Assembly: GCA_965644295.1 (NCBI GenBank)
Contig: CBFFRP010000020.1
Coordinates: forward strand, 1 to 64,000
DNA length: 64,000 nt
Direction of reading: 5' to 3'
Origin: Paraphysomonas bandaiensis
Taxonomy: Eukaryota > Protista > Chrysophyceae
Position numbers and translations under genes: made by a program. The number at the start of each line of letters is the position of its first letter. Position 1 is the stretch's first letter. The notes under the pieces are model-generated. The model saw only the letters and a list, made by a program, of their open reading frames with translations, did no database searches and was not told the DNA's origin. Positions 9,540-21,035 of the stretch are shown here, in pieces.

Positions 9540-10268
9540 TTAACGAACTTTTGTACTATCTTTTATATATAACTTCACTTTCTCATAACTCTTGGATACT
9601 CTAGGCGCAACATAAGGTAATAAAGCTAAGTGGGCAGGCACAAGAAGGACGTTGATTAACCCGGCAGCTGCTAAGGCAGACCCGGTGTTCTTCACACTCT
9701 CAGAGATACCCAAGTAGTCTAGCGCTGGATCTATATCAACTCCATAAGACACAAGCGTGGCAACGCCAGCTATGGTAGAGAAAACAGAGATCTTAGATGA
9801 TATATAGAAAGCAAATCCGTATTTGTCCACTGGCCCGCGTACGAAATTGATTATTTTCTCAGCGTTGCTGCTAGGGTCTTGAACTGCATCACCAAATATA
9901 AAAGAAGCCTTAATATGTTGAAGATTCGGGAATGCCTTCGATAACCCAGCAGCTATAGCTACATTAGCTGGTTGTCGCATTTTACCTGTCATCTTACTGG
10001 TCATATAGCCAATAGCCAGCTCAGGTCCCATTGGGACAGAAAAAAAACTCAATATAAAAGCTAATGAATACATCGTAGAGAGTCTGATGGCTATATATGT
10101 AGGCAATGCAATTGAACTGTTATTAGTAAGGGTGTCATTGAAATGTTTAATCCATTTTGGTAGGTTTGTTTCATTCTGAGTTGGTGTGCATGTAGTACTG
10201 CAGTATCTCAATAGGATATTGACTTGTTTGGTAATAGGAATAGGTACGAGAACCCGCCGAAGTAGCAT
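9540..10268 (-). CDS. Uncharacterised 242-aa membrane protein, possible mitochondrial presequence
   Basis: Single uninterrupted ORF with several hydrophobic segments; Arg-rich, acid-free N-terminus (MLLRRVLVPIP). Confidence 0.65.
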   Translation of the reverse strand: MLLRRVLVPIPITKQVNILLRYCSTTCTPTQNETNLPKWIKHFNDTLTNNSSIALPTYIAIRLSTMYSLAFILSFFSVPMGPELAIGYMTSKMTGKMRQPANVAIAAGLSKAFPNLQHIKASFIFGDAVQDPSSNAEKIINFVRGPVDKYGFAFYISSKISVFSTIAGVATLVSYGVDIDPALDYLGISESVKNTGSALAAAGLINVLLVPAHLALLPYVAPRVSKSYEKVKLYIKDSTKVR

Positions 10269-10938
10269 GGTAATCGCTGATAATAATTATTGAGTGATTG
10301 TGTAGATATGGATGCAAGACAGTGTGTTGAGTGTATATATAGAGAGATGCAGGCTATAAATAGAGAAGCATACATGGACCATACATGTACACATACCATG
10401 GACTACAGTGTATTCCTTATTCTCTTGATCTGGACATACCGTACAGCTGTATTGTATACTTTGGTTATACAGAATGTATACTTGTGTATACAGTAGGAGT
10501 ATATGAACGGTTTCTTGATTTCAATCCATATAAAACACATAAAAAACAAATACAAACCTGAAAATGTTTAATTTCTAAGTATTTATACTAGAAATTAAGG
10601 TTATTTTCCATGTTTTGGTGAACCTTAAAAAACTTGTACTTACACTATAATTATTTGAAATATATGACCAGTATACTGCTGTACATACATGTACATACAT
10701 ACATCACGTAGTGTAGATATGAGGATATGGTATAATTGCTATCTATTTAAATATATGCCAAGTATGTGTGTGTATTACTATACAGCTCATAGCAATCCAT
10801 ATATATCATTCACATACATGAAGTGTGATATGATTTAACTTCATCTTCATAGATAATTTTCAATTAATTCTTTGTAAAATTCTCTAAAAAAAAACACACA
10901 CACAAACAACACATACATACATATCTATATATTAAATT

Positions 10939-13900
10939 ATGTCTAAAAAATTCAATAAAAGAAAACCAACAATTTTAACAAAGAATGAAATTGAAAAAAA
11001 AGAAAATGAATTAAAATTATCTTTACATGAAGCGGAAACTAAACAATTAAGTGATTATATAAAAACACGTACAAAACTAATTGATCATGAAATTCATCAA
11101 ACACGTCAAAAATTAGATATACATTTTGATTTATCTGATAAAAATTATAAATCAATGAAATCTAGTGATATGGAAGTATATGGATCTAAACCTCCTGTGA
11201 AATCTAATGATTTAATGGAGATATCAGACAAGAGACAATCTACCAAGTTATCTCAACAAGATTCATATAATCGTGGAGAAAGAGAAGTATTAGAGTTATT
11301 ACGTCGTTTACAAACATGTAAGTTGTATATGATGTAGTTTATTGTATGCTGTGTGCTGGTATATGTGTATATATAGTCTGTCGTATGCCATGTGCTGTGC
11401 TGGTATATGTGTGTATATAGTCTGTCGTATGCCATGTGCTGTGCTGGTATATGTGTGTATACTGTTGTCTATCATATGATGTTATGTACCATTGCCTCTT
11501 ATATGATGTAGTTTGTCGTATGTCATGTGCTGGTATATGTGTATATATAGTCTGTCGTATGCCATGTGCTGTGCTGGTATATGTGTATATACTGTTGTCT
11601 ATCATATGATGTTATGTACCATTGCCTCTTATATGATGTAGTTTGTCGTATGTCATGTGCTGGTATATGTGTATATATAGTCTGTCGTATGCCATGTGCT
11701 GTGCTGGTATATGTGTATATATAGTCTGTTATATGGTATATACTGTTGTCTATCATATGCTGTTACATTTACCATTGCTCTTATATGATGTAGTTTGTCG
11801 TATGCTCTGTGCTGTTACATGTATATATATCATATGCTGTTATATACTGTTGTCTATCATAAGCTGTTATATGTCATTGCCTCTTATATGTCATAGCCTG
11901 TTACGTGTAATGCGGCGTTGTATATTACATGATGTAGTCTATCGTATGCTGTTATATGTTATTACCTATAATATGACATAGTCTATTAGATGTTATATGT
12001 TGTTATCTATCTTATGCTGTCTGTTATATAATATATGATGTTATCACTTATATGCTGTTGTATATCATATGATACAGTATCCTGTTATATGCTTTTTCTT
12101 GTTATGTGAAATAGTCTTTTCGGTGATATGATATGATGTTATCTATTGTATGATGATGTTATGTGGCGTTTGATATTGTCGATTAGATGCTAGATGTTGT
12201 TGTTGGCTATATGATACCATGTGCTCGTTTCTGTTATATGGTCCCACATGCCTTTCTGTGGTATGGTGTTGCCCGTTATATGTTGTTGTCTATTATAGGG
12301 CTATTGATCTCGATATAAAATGCTACTGGATTACGATTGTGTTTATTTTTCTGTCTATATTAGGTATGGAAGACTCTGAAATGAATCCTGGACAGATAAC
12401 GCAGTGTTTCCTGCCTTCTCAAAGCAAAGCAAGTGTGAAGGTCACTCTATAGGCTCTGTTTTTATAACTTTTTGATATTGAAGTATCCATTGCGTGAAAT
12501 TACAAACAGTAGACTTATGTTTTAAACTCATCAGTGTCCTACGCTGCAGGGTTGTATACCTTTGGTGGAAGTGGTGGATGTATTTGAAGTTGACCTGGTT
12601 CAGCCGCTCTCACAACATGACCAATCGGTATGGATTGATCAATCACCACATCGTGTTGTTGTATCATATTTGTGTCTGTTATGCTAATGGTGCGTGCCTC
12701 ATCGGAAACGACGGAATGCATTTTTTTTCGTCGTGTATGCTTTGATGACGATATTTTGTGCATGTGCTTACATGTATTGCTCAGCTACTGTCAAAGTTTT
12801 ATGGTACTCATGAAGGAGATATAGATGTGAAAGCCCTCCTCACAGACCTGAGTAAGTTTTGCTTTTTCTAACACGTATTATATCGCTTGGCTCTGAATTA
12901 GATTAGTACGCCTATCGTCTCATATATGCCTATGCAAGTTTAATCTTGAGAACTAGGAAGAATTACTATGCTGTCTAATATGTACATAGGCTTCTGGGAG
13001 CCACCAAAAGGCGCACAAGACACTGAAAATGGGAAACGTATCAATGCTGTCCATACACAAAACAACAGGCACAGTAGTTTAGTTGACGATGACGACGACC
13101 TTGACGCTGACCTACCGACCTATCTGAAGAACAAGCGGGAAAGGGACAGTTACGAAAGATTACGTGAAACACATGAAGAGGAGTCAAACGACTACCGGGT
13201 AACGATTCGTGTGTGAAGAATGTTGCATTGTAGATATGTGTTAGGGTACATTTGTCCTATAATGCTTTTCCTGTTGGAATATCTGCGAATGTTGAATTTA
13301 TCCTCTTTCGTATCGATTTACAGAAAACCCCACCACAAAAGTCAAGGACCAAAGACTTTGTTCCTGAGCCTGTGATTCACAGGGATGCAGCTGGTCATGC
13401 GGCCCTTAACGTACGTTTCCACTCTACCAGCTGTGTACACGCGATTTTTAGTTTGCTACAGTATATACTGACTGTGTAAATATTAATGTGTTACATTTTG
13501 GGTTTATTTGGTATATTCAGCGCAGTGCACTTGCCGACATACACGCGCTGGTGACAGAGAGTCTTCCACCTGACAGGTATGTGGTTGTTTATGTTACTAG
13601 ATGCATGGATTGTGGTAATTCATAGTGTGAATAACTTCTATGTTTTTCTGACGTATGGATTGTTTCAAACTCCGCATTAATTTATTTATAGTTTCAAAGT
13701 GGACCCGGACTACCAGGAGTCGACACGGAGGAAAACCACATACGACGAAGTTGATGAAGAAGATGACGAGAAACTTCTCCAAACCCTTCGTAAAGAAATG
13801 GAAAAAGAAAAAAATCAGATGAACTCAAGGTATAGGACGAAACATGAAGACATCATAGTCCTTTAATAAATATTTTCCTACAGGAAAGAAACGAGTGATA

Positions 13901-16900
13901 GTGATGTGCACTCGGACAAGGTATCTGATAAATTTATGGACCAGCACGGAGATGGAGTTCTCCCTTCGCCACGACCTAAGGACACTGAAGGCTCTAAGAC
14001 TATTGAACAAATCGCAGCTGAGAATGTAGCGACTGCTTTGGCGATAGAAAATGCTAAACTAAAGGCTGAATTGAGTGCATTTGATAGTGATTTTTTTGAA
14101 GAACTTGAAGATTTAAAGTTCAAATATACTCAGCTACAGGCGAGTTAGTGATTGCTTGAGTGCTAATTTAGTGGGTTTTTCTAATCTTTGGTGTCCACTG
14201 TGTATATGTGCAAATGCACCTAATATGACTAATATTATTGCTATTAGGGCATTGTTGGTGACCAAGCAGTCCCAAAATCCCCACCCCGGAAGAAAGAGGC
14301 CAATTCTGATGACGCTCGAGACGAAGTGGCTGGCTCGATAGCCAAGTATGTGAATGGATGTGTGGTATATATACAATCTACTCATGTGCTTGTAGGCTTG
14401 GGTGGTCGACGAGGAACTCTCTGAAGGCCTTAAATAGGTAGGAGTCGTAAGCACAGATGTCGTGAATGTAATATATATATAGGGCAGGACTCACTAACCC
14501 ACCGATCAGAACTCTCCCAGGTCACATGCACATTTTTTATTGAACAGCCATATTAATATATATGGATGTACAGGGCAATATAACATGACAGATTCAATTC
14601 ATGCTCCGAGTAGTCCTCTAAGAAATCGCCATTCACCGACACGTAGAAGCTACGACAGTCGCACTCGAAACTTTCAACACAGTTCAACGGCGCCAACGTC
14701 TCATTTGCTTTCCTCTTTTGATTTCAATAGCTCCAGCGGAAATAATTTCTCTGGGCTTTGTGAGAGGCGTCTAGTTTTTGAATTACAAAATCACACGAAT
14801 CCCGCTAAAGCTACAAGCACTTTGATTCATCGAATATCTAATATTGCGCATTCAGAAAAAGCCAAGGGGTATATAACTGCATCTCAACTACATGACGCAA
14901 TGCGTGGAGTTGGTCTCTCAATGAGTCGAGAAGAAGTGGACCTATTGGCTAGCGGATTTGCCAGTAATGGGGAAGGGGGTGTAGATGCGAAGGAGTTATG
15001 TCGGGCGATACAAACGATGATGTACAACGCGGTGGACACTGAAAGTGCTCCGGACGGGAACGTTGACAGGGTAGTGAAGAGTATTGTTCGCTCCATAGCA
15101 ACTGACCTTTTGGCACACAAGAATTATTCTCAGCTTCTTCGTCTTCGTGATGACCTGCATTCCATCGGTGGCAGAAGCACGAGCCGAGTTATGGAAAAGG
15201 TCGAAATGCAGCTCAATGATACCGTTTCGAAACCATTTTTATATATGGATGATAATGATAACGGCATTCTCACTGCGAAGGGCTTCGTTAAGATCCTGCG
15301 GCATTTTAGTCATGGTCTTCCAGATGACGAATTGCACGTGCTTATTGAATATTGGTTAGTTGGAAATGAAGATGAAAATGAAAATGCTCTTCATAATAGG
15401 ACTCCTAAGCATTGCGTGTATTACAAGCCGTTTATATCTCTTTTGGTCGAGGAATTGCTTGATATTCTCTTAGATGAGAAGATTGTGATTAAAAACTATG
15501 GAGACGGCACCGAGTACGATAACGAGGTCGCGTATGACATGGGAGGTACCATGCCTTGGCTATTGCATGAGTTTGAATTTGTTGATACATTATTGTGTCA
15601 ATTGGAGGACCTGGATATGTCTGCCAGAAGAAAAAGGCTTATACAACTGCAATCCGTACTTTCATCACACGCGAGTATGGATGGTGACGAAGGAGGAAGT
15701 GTTGACGGATATGCTGTGCTGAAAGCTCTTTTGAGTGTGGGTTTTGAAGTGCCACGAAATCTGCGTGTTCAGTTCCTCCAGGGGGTTGAACAATTATCTG
15801 GGGTATTCAATTTTGTGGATCTGTGTAAGCTCCTTATGAGTGCCTGCCTGGACTGGTCGAGTGAGGAACGAATGGTTGTTGGGAAAGTTCTGCATGCTAT
15901 GGGGATCACCACTGACCAGCGACGACTTTGGCTTGGGAGATTAAAAAAGGATCTGTACACAACTGCGGTAGAGCAACGTGCTGTCAAGGGGGCTCAAAGT
16001 GTGCGTAGTAAGCGGACACAGAGGACCCTTCGAGATGGTCTTCTACTTACCGCAGAAGATGATCTTCTAGAAGCCGAACGTGATGTGGTACGTGGAATTA
16101 GCGAGGAAAACCCTGGGCTTCCTGCGTCTGCATTTCTGCATACTCTGCGTGAATGTGGGGTAAATTTGACTGTCGATGAGGAAGCTACCCTTTTGGACTG
16201 TCTTGATTTTGAAGAAAAATCTAGAAGCATAGTCGAAAGTGGTATGCAGCAACCACTACTTTCTCGATCTGAAAAAATTAGTGCTAGTGCACCACTTATA
16301 CGCTATAAGTCATTTGTAGCGCTGTGCGAAAGACATGTGGGGAAATGGTACCATGCTGCACCCGAAATTAACGAACAACTAAAGGCTGCACTAATGAATC
16401 TCAAAGAGTCCGATGCTGCCGACTCAATATCCGAACTGCAGTCATTACTACTGGCATTTGATGAAGGAGATGCCCATTCAATAGGATATAGACCATTCCT
16501 GGTTACTTGCAGGCGGTCGAGGCTTCTGGGGAAACTTGATTCGTCTGTTATTGAGGAGTTAGCCAAGATATTGCTGGAAGAGGGGTCGGGAAAAATTGAG
16601 TACTTTCCATTTCTTTTACATTTGCGCTCGCTACATCACCAAGTACGAAAACTGAAAGCATTGAGCCGTACTATTTTGGAGGGTACGAAAGCGGAATCTT
16701 ATGATATGCTTAACCAGCTTTTAAGAAATGCATCTGATAGAGAGGATAGCACTTTGAGGCCATTGCGACATTTTGTGATCGAGCAGTCGTTACGGGCATC
16801 TCGGCATCAATATATGGGCGACAGACAAGTGGAGAGCGAGAATAATTCGTTTGAGTTATCACAACGTGAAGCCAGTGAACTGCTTCGTGAGTTTAATGTC

Positions 16901-19219
16901 GTATACAGTGCAGAGGACTGGGATACTTTCCGTGAAGATGTACGGGCTTCGTCTGCCATACGAGACTACTTCGCTGAATCACAGGCATGCCCATTACATC
17001 TCCATGAGGATGCCGAAAGAATTGCCTCGAAGGAAAATGGGACTATTAATGCGACAGACATCATACATTGCTTACAGCAACTCCGCCCAGCATGGCCGAA
17101 GCGCAACCCACGGCTGGCGATGAAAATTAAGAAAATGCTCTCCCGAGTAGCCACGAGTGCTGTGGAGAAGCTATTGGTGCGACTGAAAGCATTCTCTCGG
17201 GCTGCATCGGGAGAATCGGCAGGCGGATATGATGATGATGACGATGAACGTATCCCGTCCAACACTCCCTCCGTGGAGCATCGTTTGGTAGGTGCCTTTG
17301 CACCGAAAGAAGTTTTTTCTAGAGTACTTCGCAAATGCGGTCTGCCGCTTACCCAGGATGAGATATATTTTTTATGTGATGAATCTGATCCCCATCCACG
17401 CGCTAGGTATGTACGTATCGGTGTCTTGCTTGAGGCTTTGTGTGAAAGCGAGGATAGCAACAGTGTGAAGCAGCAGCTGCAAAATATTGGTTCCACAATG
17501 CAGCGCAACAGGGAACAACGGTCTACATCTTCACGGCCTAAAAGTAAACGGGTAGATGATTCAGACGGGGCGGTGTTCGCAATGGAGCACTTAAAGTCCT
17601 TGCTATGGAACGCGGCTGATAAGTTGCGCAGGCGTCCTAATGAGTGGATCAATGATGTCAGTAGTATGATGCGTGGTTTTGATAGAGGAGGGGGCGTGTG
17701 TACGCCTGAGGATTTCGTATTGGGTATGCGGCTATTGTCTGTGCGTTTATCGAGTGATATCCTTCAATCTATTCCTCGAGTATCCGCGTCAGTTGATATG
17801 ATCCCCTTTCAACTTATTCTTGACGTTGTTCTTGATTGCTATGATGAAAACGAAGGGTTTTCACCATCTAGCCCTGATACGAATAAAAAATTATCGAAAA
17901 GAACAGAGAGGAATTTATCAGTGGATGAGCGTAAATACACGGCAGCTTCTCCTCGTCGCCCGTACTCTACATGGCAACGTAGTTCTAGTCGAGGCGTTAA
18001 GGCTGACTCTGTAGAAGAAGAGCGTCAGGTCGCTGTAAAGTCACTCATCGATATTGTCCGTCGTCGTTTAAATATTTTTATTGGGGATAATAAAGATGTT
18101 GAGCACGCTTGGTCTACACTTCTCACTGTATTTTCAAAATTCGACCCAGATGGAGACCATGTTGTCAGTCCTCGTGACTTTTGCCTGGCTGTGTCCGTGT
18201 TGATGGATGGAGACAGTCCTGTGTTTACCAAAGACCAATGGGAAGATGTAATATTTTACTTCCAGGACACACCAGATAGTAAAGTAGGAAAGATGTCGCC
18301 CCGTACCGCTCGACGAAAAGTGGGAAAGGTGAACTATATCTCTTTTTTGGATATGGTTTTGGATGCCTCGCCGGTCACTGGGAGCTCACGACATAAGCCA
18401 CCTGCATGGATGACTGGAACAGGAACTAAGTCGAACTTGGGTAACAGCGGGTCCAGCAGAGGTGCGGGCCGTTCGTCGTCACCTTGGAAGCCCTCTGGTG
18501 TGAATTATAGACCGAATAGGACGACTGGAACACTAGCATCGTCGACAACTGGACATAAGGTGCGGGCCAGCAGCACTGGCACTATCAGCCGTTTCAACAA
18601 CGCTGGGAAGTCAAGCCTTAAATCTAATACAGGGAAGCAGAAAAAGCCAAAGAAATTTAGTGTGTCATATGCACCAGATTCTTTCAGCAGCGCCTACTAC
18701 GAGGAGGATGAAGACGAGTACCGTGAATCGAGCACTATGTCCGGTCGAGGGGTGGCGGGTGCTAATCTGAAGAACACAGCTCGTGCACGTGAGTTGGCTT
18801 ACACACCTGCACCCCGCACTCAAAGCAAATATGATGAAATATTTGGAACTGTGGATGCATCAGGATCTGTAATTAGCGGAGGTGGTAGTATAAGTGCCAA
18901 ACAAATGGAGTTCATTAACGAATTTGATGGATTTGCAGTCAAAGAGTTAAATTCGGAACTAAGCGATGTATTAGCTGTAAAAATGTCAGCGGCTAAAGGA
19001 CAAACAATGAAAGATCTGTTGCTTAAGTACCTTACTATGGAAGATAAGAACAACTCTGGGACTCTTAACAAGCATTCTACATTAGCTGCTTTAAATGCAT
19101 TAGGGGTGGCTTATCATTTCTGGTCTAAGCCGTCGATGAAATCACTCCTCGAGCAACTTGTTAAAAAAGGAAACGGGTCTGTTGTTATTAAGGACTTCAT
19201 GAAACTCATATACTTGTAG
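10939..19219 (+). CDS. Large multi-exon protein: N-terminal coiled coil, CEP290-C-terminus-like motif, long terminal exon with multiple degenerate EF-hands
   Basis: Exons 13.9-14.6 kb can be spliced in frame into the 1559-aa ORF. Motif ENAKLKAELSAFDSDFFEELEDLKFKY; EF-hand-like loops DDNDNGILT, FDPDGDHVVSPRDF, EDKNNSGTLN. Joining of the 10939 exon is less certain. Confidence 0.65.
11335..11960. repeat. Intronic minisatellite (130-bp unit containing ~46-bp sub-repeats), degenerating rightwards
   Basis: actgttgtctatcatatgatgttatgtacc... recurs at 11461 and 11591, with a variant at ~11742; tagtctgtcgtatgccatgtgctgtgctggtatatgtg is repeated. Confidence 0.9.
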
Positions 19220-19514
19220 TGATGTCCATGACAGTGTGAGCTGCTATTCTTAACGAACTTATTATATTTGGCATTTACATCGTCGAAATGTTAGTTAGTA
19301 TTGTACCTATTAAATATAGTGTTGGGATTAACTCTCATAAAAATTATCAGAGACTACTATTGATAGATGTTATTCGTAGTGTTGTGACCACATCTCCACA
19401 TATGTATCTTCTATGCAATCAATGCCAAATTCAACATCTATTCTGTTGGTATATATGTATAATATGTGTTATGTATGCATACTATAGTTATATCTAACCA
19501 CGGGCAAGAAAGAG

Positions 19515-19640
19515 GCTATATCGTCCCGCGCTCAACATTTGGAAACGATGGTGAAAAGCGTGAGTTTTAAATCTAGACAAGGGGTGATACTCCTTATCCC
19601 TAGCTTAAATTGTAGCTTACCCTCATGATTTTGAAAACTT
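19515..19640 (+). repeat. Dispersed direct repeat, copy 1 (probable transposon-end relic)
   Basis: tatatcgtcccgcgctcaa, gaaaag..gagttttaaa..gacaaggggtgata and aaattgtagcttac..ttgaaaac recur in the same order at 24001-24250. Confidence 0.7.
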
Positions 19641-19839
19641 TATATTAGATTGTTGTATAGCTATTATTGCTGATTGCTGTAATGTTTCCTGATTAGCATG
19701 AGGAAAAATGAATGGTATGTATACTGGCTGTTGGCTGTGTATGCATTAGGAATATTGCGATTGCACTATAGATCAATAAACCCACAAATTTATAGACTCT
19801 TGTTCTGTTGCGTAGTCTCACTCTCCTCAATCAGATGTT

Positions 19840-20330
19840 GCCTCTCTTGCACCATCACACTCCCTCTCGACTCCCTGTAGCTGGACACACCGGATGACCC
19901 TCACATTCCACCCCTGTACAGCTATACACCCTCTTGCATGTGTTCTCTACCGCTGGCTAAGACAGCAAAAGAGCCGATTTCGACGCTTCTTCACAGTAGG
20001 CCATAACCTTTTGCAAGACCTTCATCCACATACCTCCGAGCCACTTGGAACAATGCCTAAAGGAAGGCCACCAGATCGCCAATCTCAGAAGGGCATATTA
20101 CTGTTTCCCCTAACTGCCATAAGGCTAATAAGTCAGTCCCCGTGAGGTACATAAGGCTATCTATCATATAGCGAGTGGAGTCTCATCCCAAGAGGAGACC
20201 TCCAGATCACACGCGCCGGTGAGTCCCAGGACACACGATCATGGCGAGCCTCATAACACGAACGGAAGTGGTTGCACCTTGGTGCTTGCGGCGACGCACA
20301 AGCAGCTTCTGTAGCGTTAAATAGTAGGAT
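19840..20330 (+). mobile_element. 5'-truncated, diverged 3' fragment of the LINE family at 1-9150 (boundaries approximate)
   Basis: 20187-20270 aligns with the reverse complement of 1-90; encodes PKRRPPDHTRR* versus PKGRPPDQKRR*. Confidence 0.8.
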
Positions 20331-21035
20331 AAAAGAGTTTGTATTGATTAGTTACGGGTAGTAGTCTAACTAGTATGACTAGCATTCTTCTAGCCACTAA
20401 TTGGTGCAGGCTTTCAACGCCTATTGCTAAATAATCAGACATTCAATATACACAAATTTATATATATAGTAGCGACAACAAATGTACTCTGAAGGATGCT
20501 AAGGGAATAGCAACCGTGAGGTGTTGAAATTCGTGATGATGGATGTGAACAGTTGTAGCCGCACGAAAGGCTGCTTATTGCCTTTTATATAGATTCGTCA
20601 TCATATATTTATACAATGCGCTTAACCTCTTCTAGTGCACCTGATTGAATGATGTGAGTATGATATGAGGCACACAATATCCTGATAAGCACAATGCAAC
20701 TCAAACCCTGAAAGAACTGGATGCCACTGCCCTTCACCACCTATACAGCATCAGCTATGGCACTTAAACTCTCCTGAAGCATTCTTAAGTTGTTACGAAG
20801 TCCTGGTTATGAAGATAGATCGCTTGCACTGACATCATTATGATCTTCCACATCAGACGAAAGATGGACGATGGCTTGGAGTGTTTAATGACCTACTCTT
20901 GATAGTTTGCTCATGATTTTGTGGTTTCTCTATTATAGTGTAATGTAATGACATACATATGACTGTCAATATCATAATAAAGATAGAAGTGAGCTTCTGT
21001 TGAACCGAATATTGAAGATGAATGTCTATATTTGC

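Noticed and set aside
14884-19071. Antisense and alternate-frame ORFs overlapping the long exon (likewise within the LINE and ferlin)
   Set aside because: Shadow ORFs of long coding sequence with no recognisable motifs
20215-20270. Hammerhead ribozyme at the LINE 3' end
   Set aside because: ccggtga-gtcc..ggac resembles CUGANGA plus stem II, but the core is CCGGUGA and the required GAAA is absent
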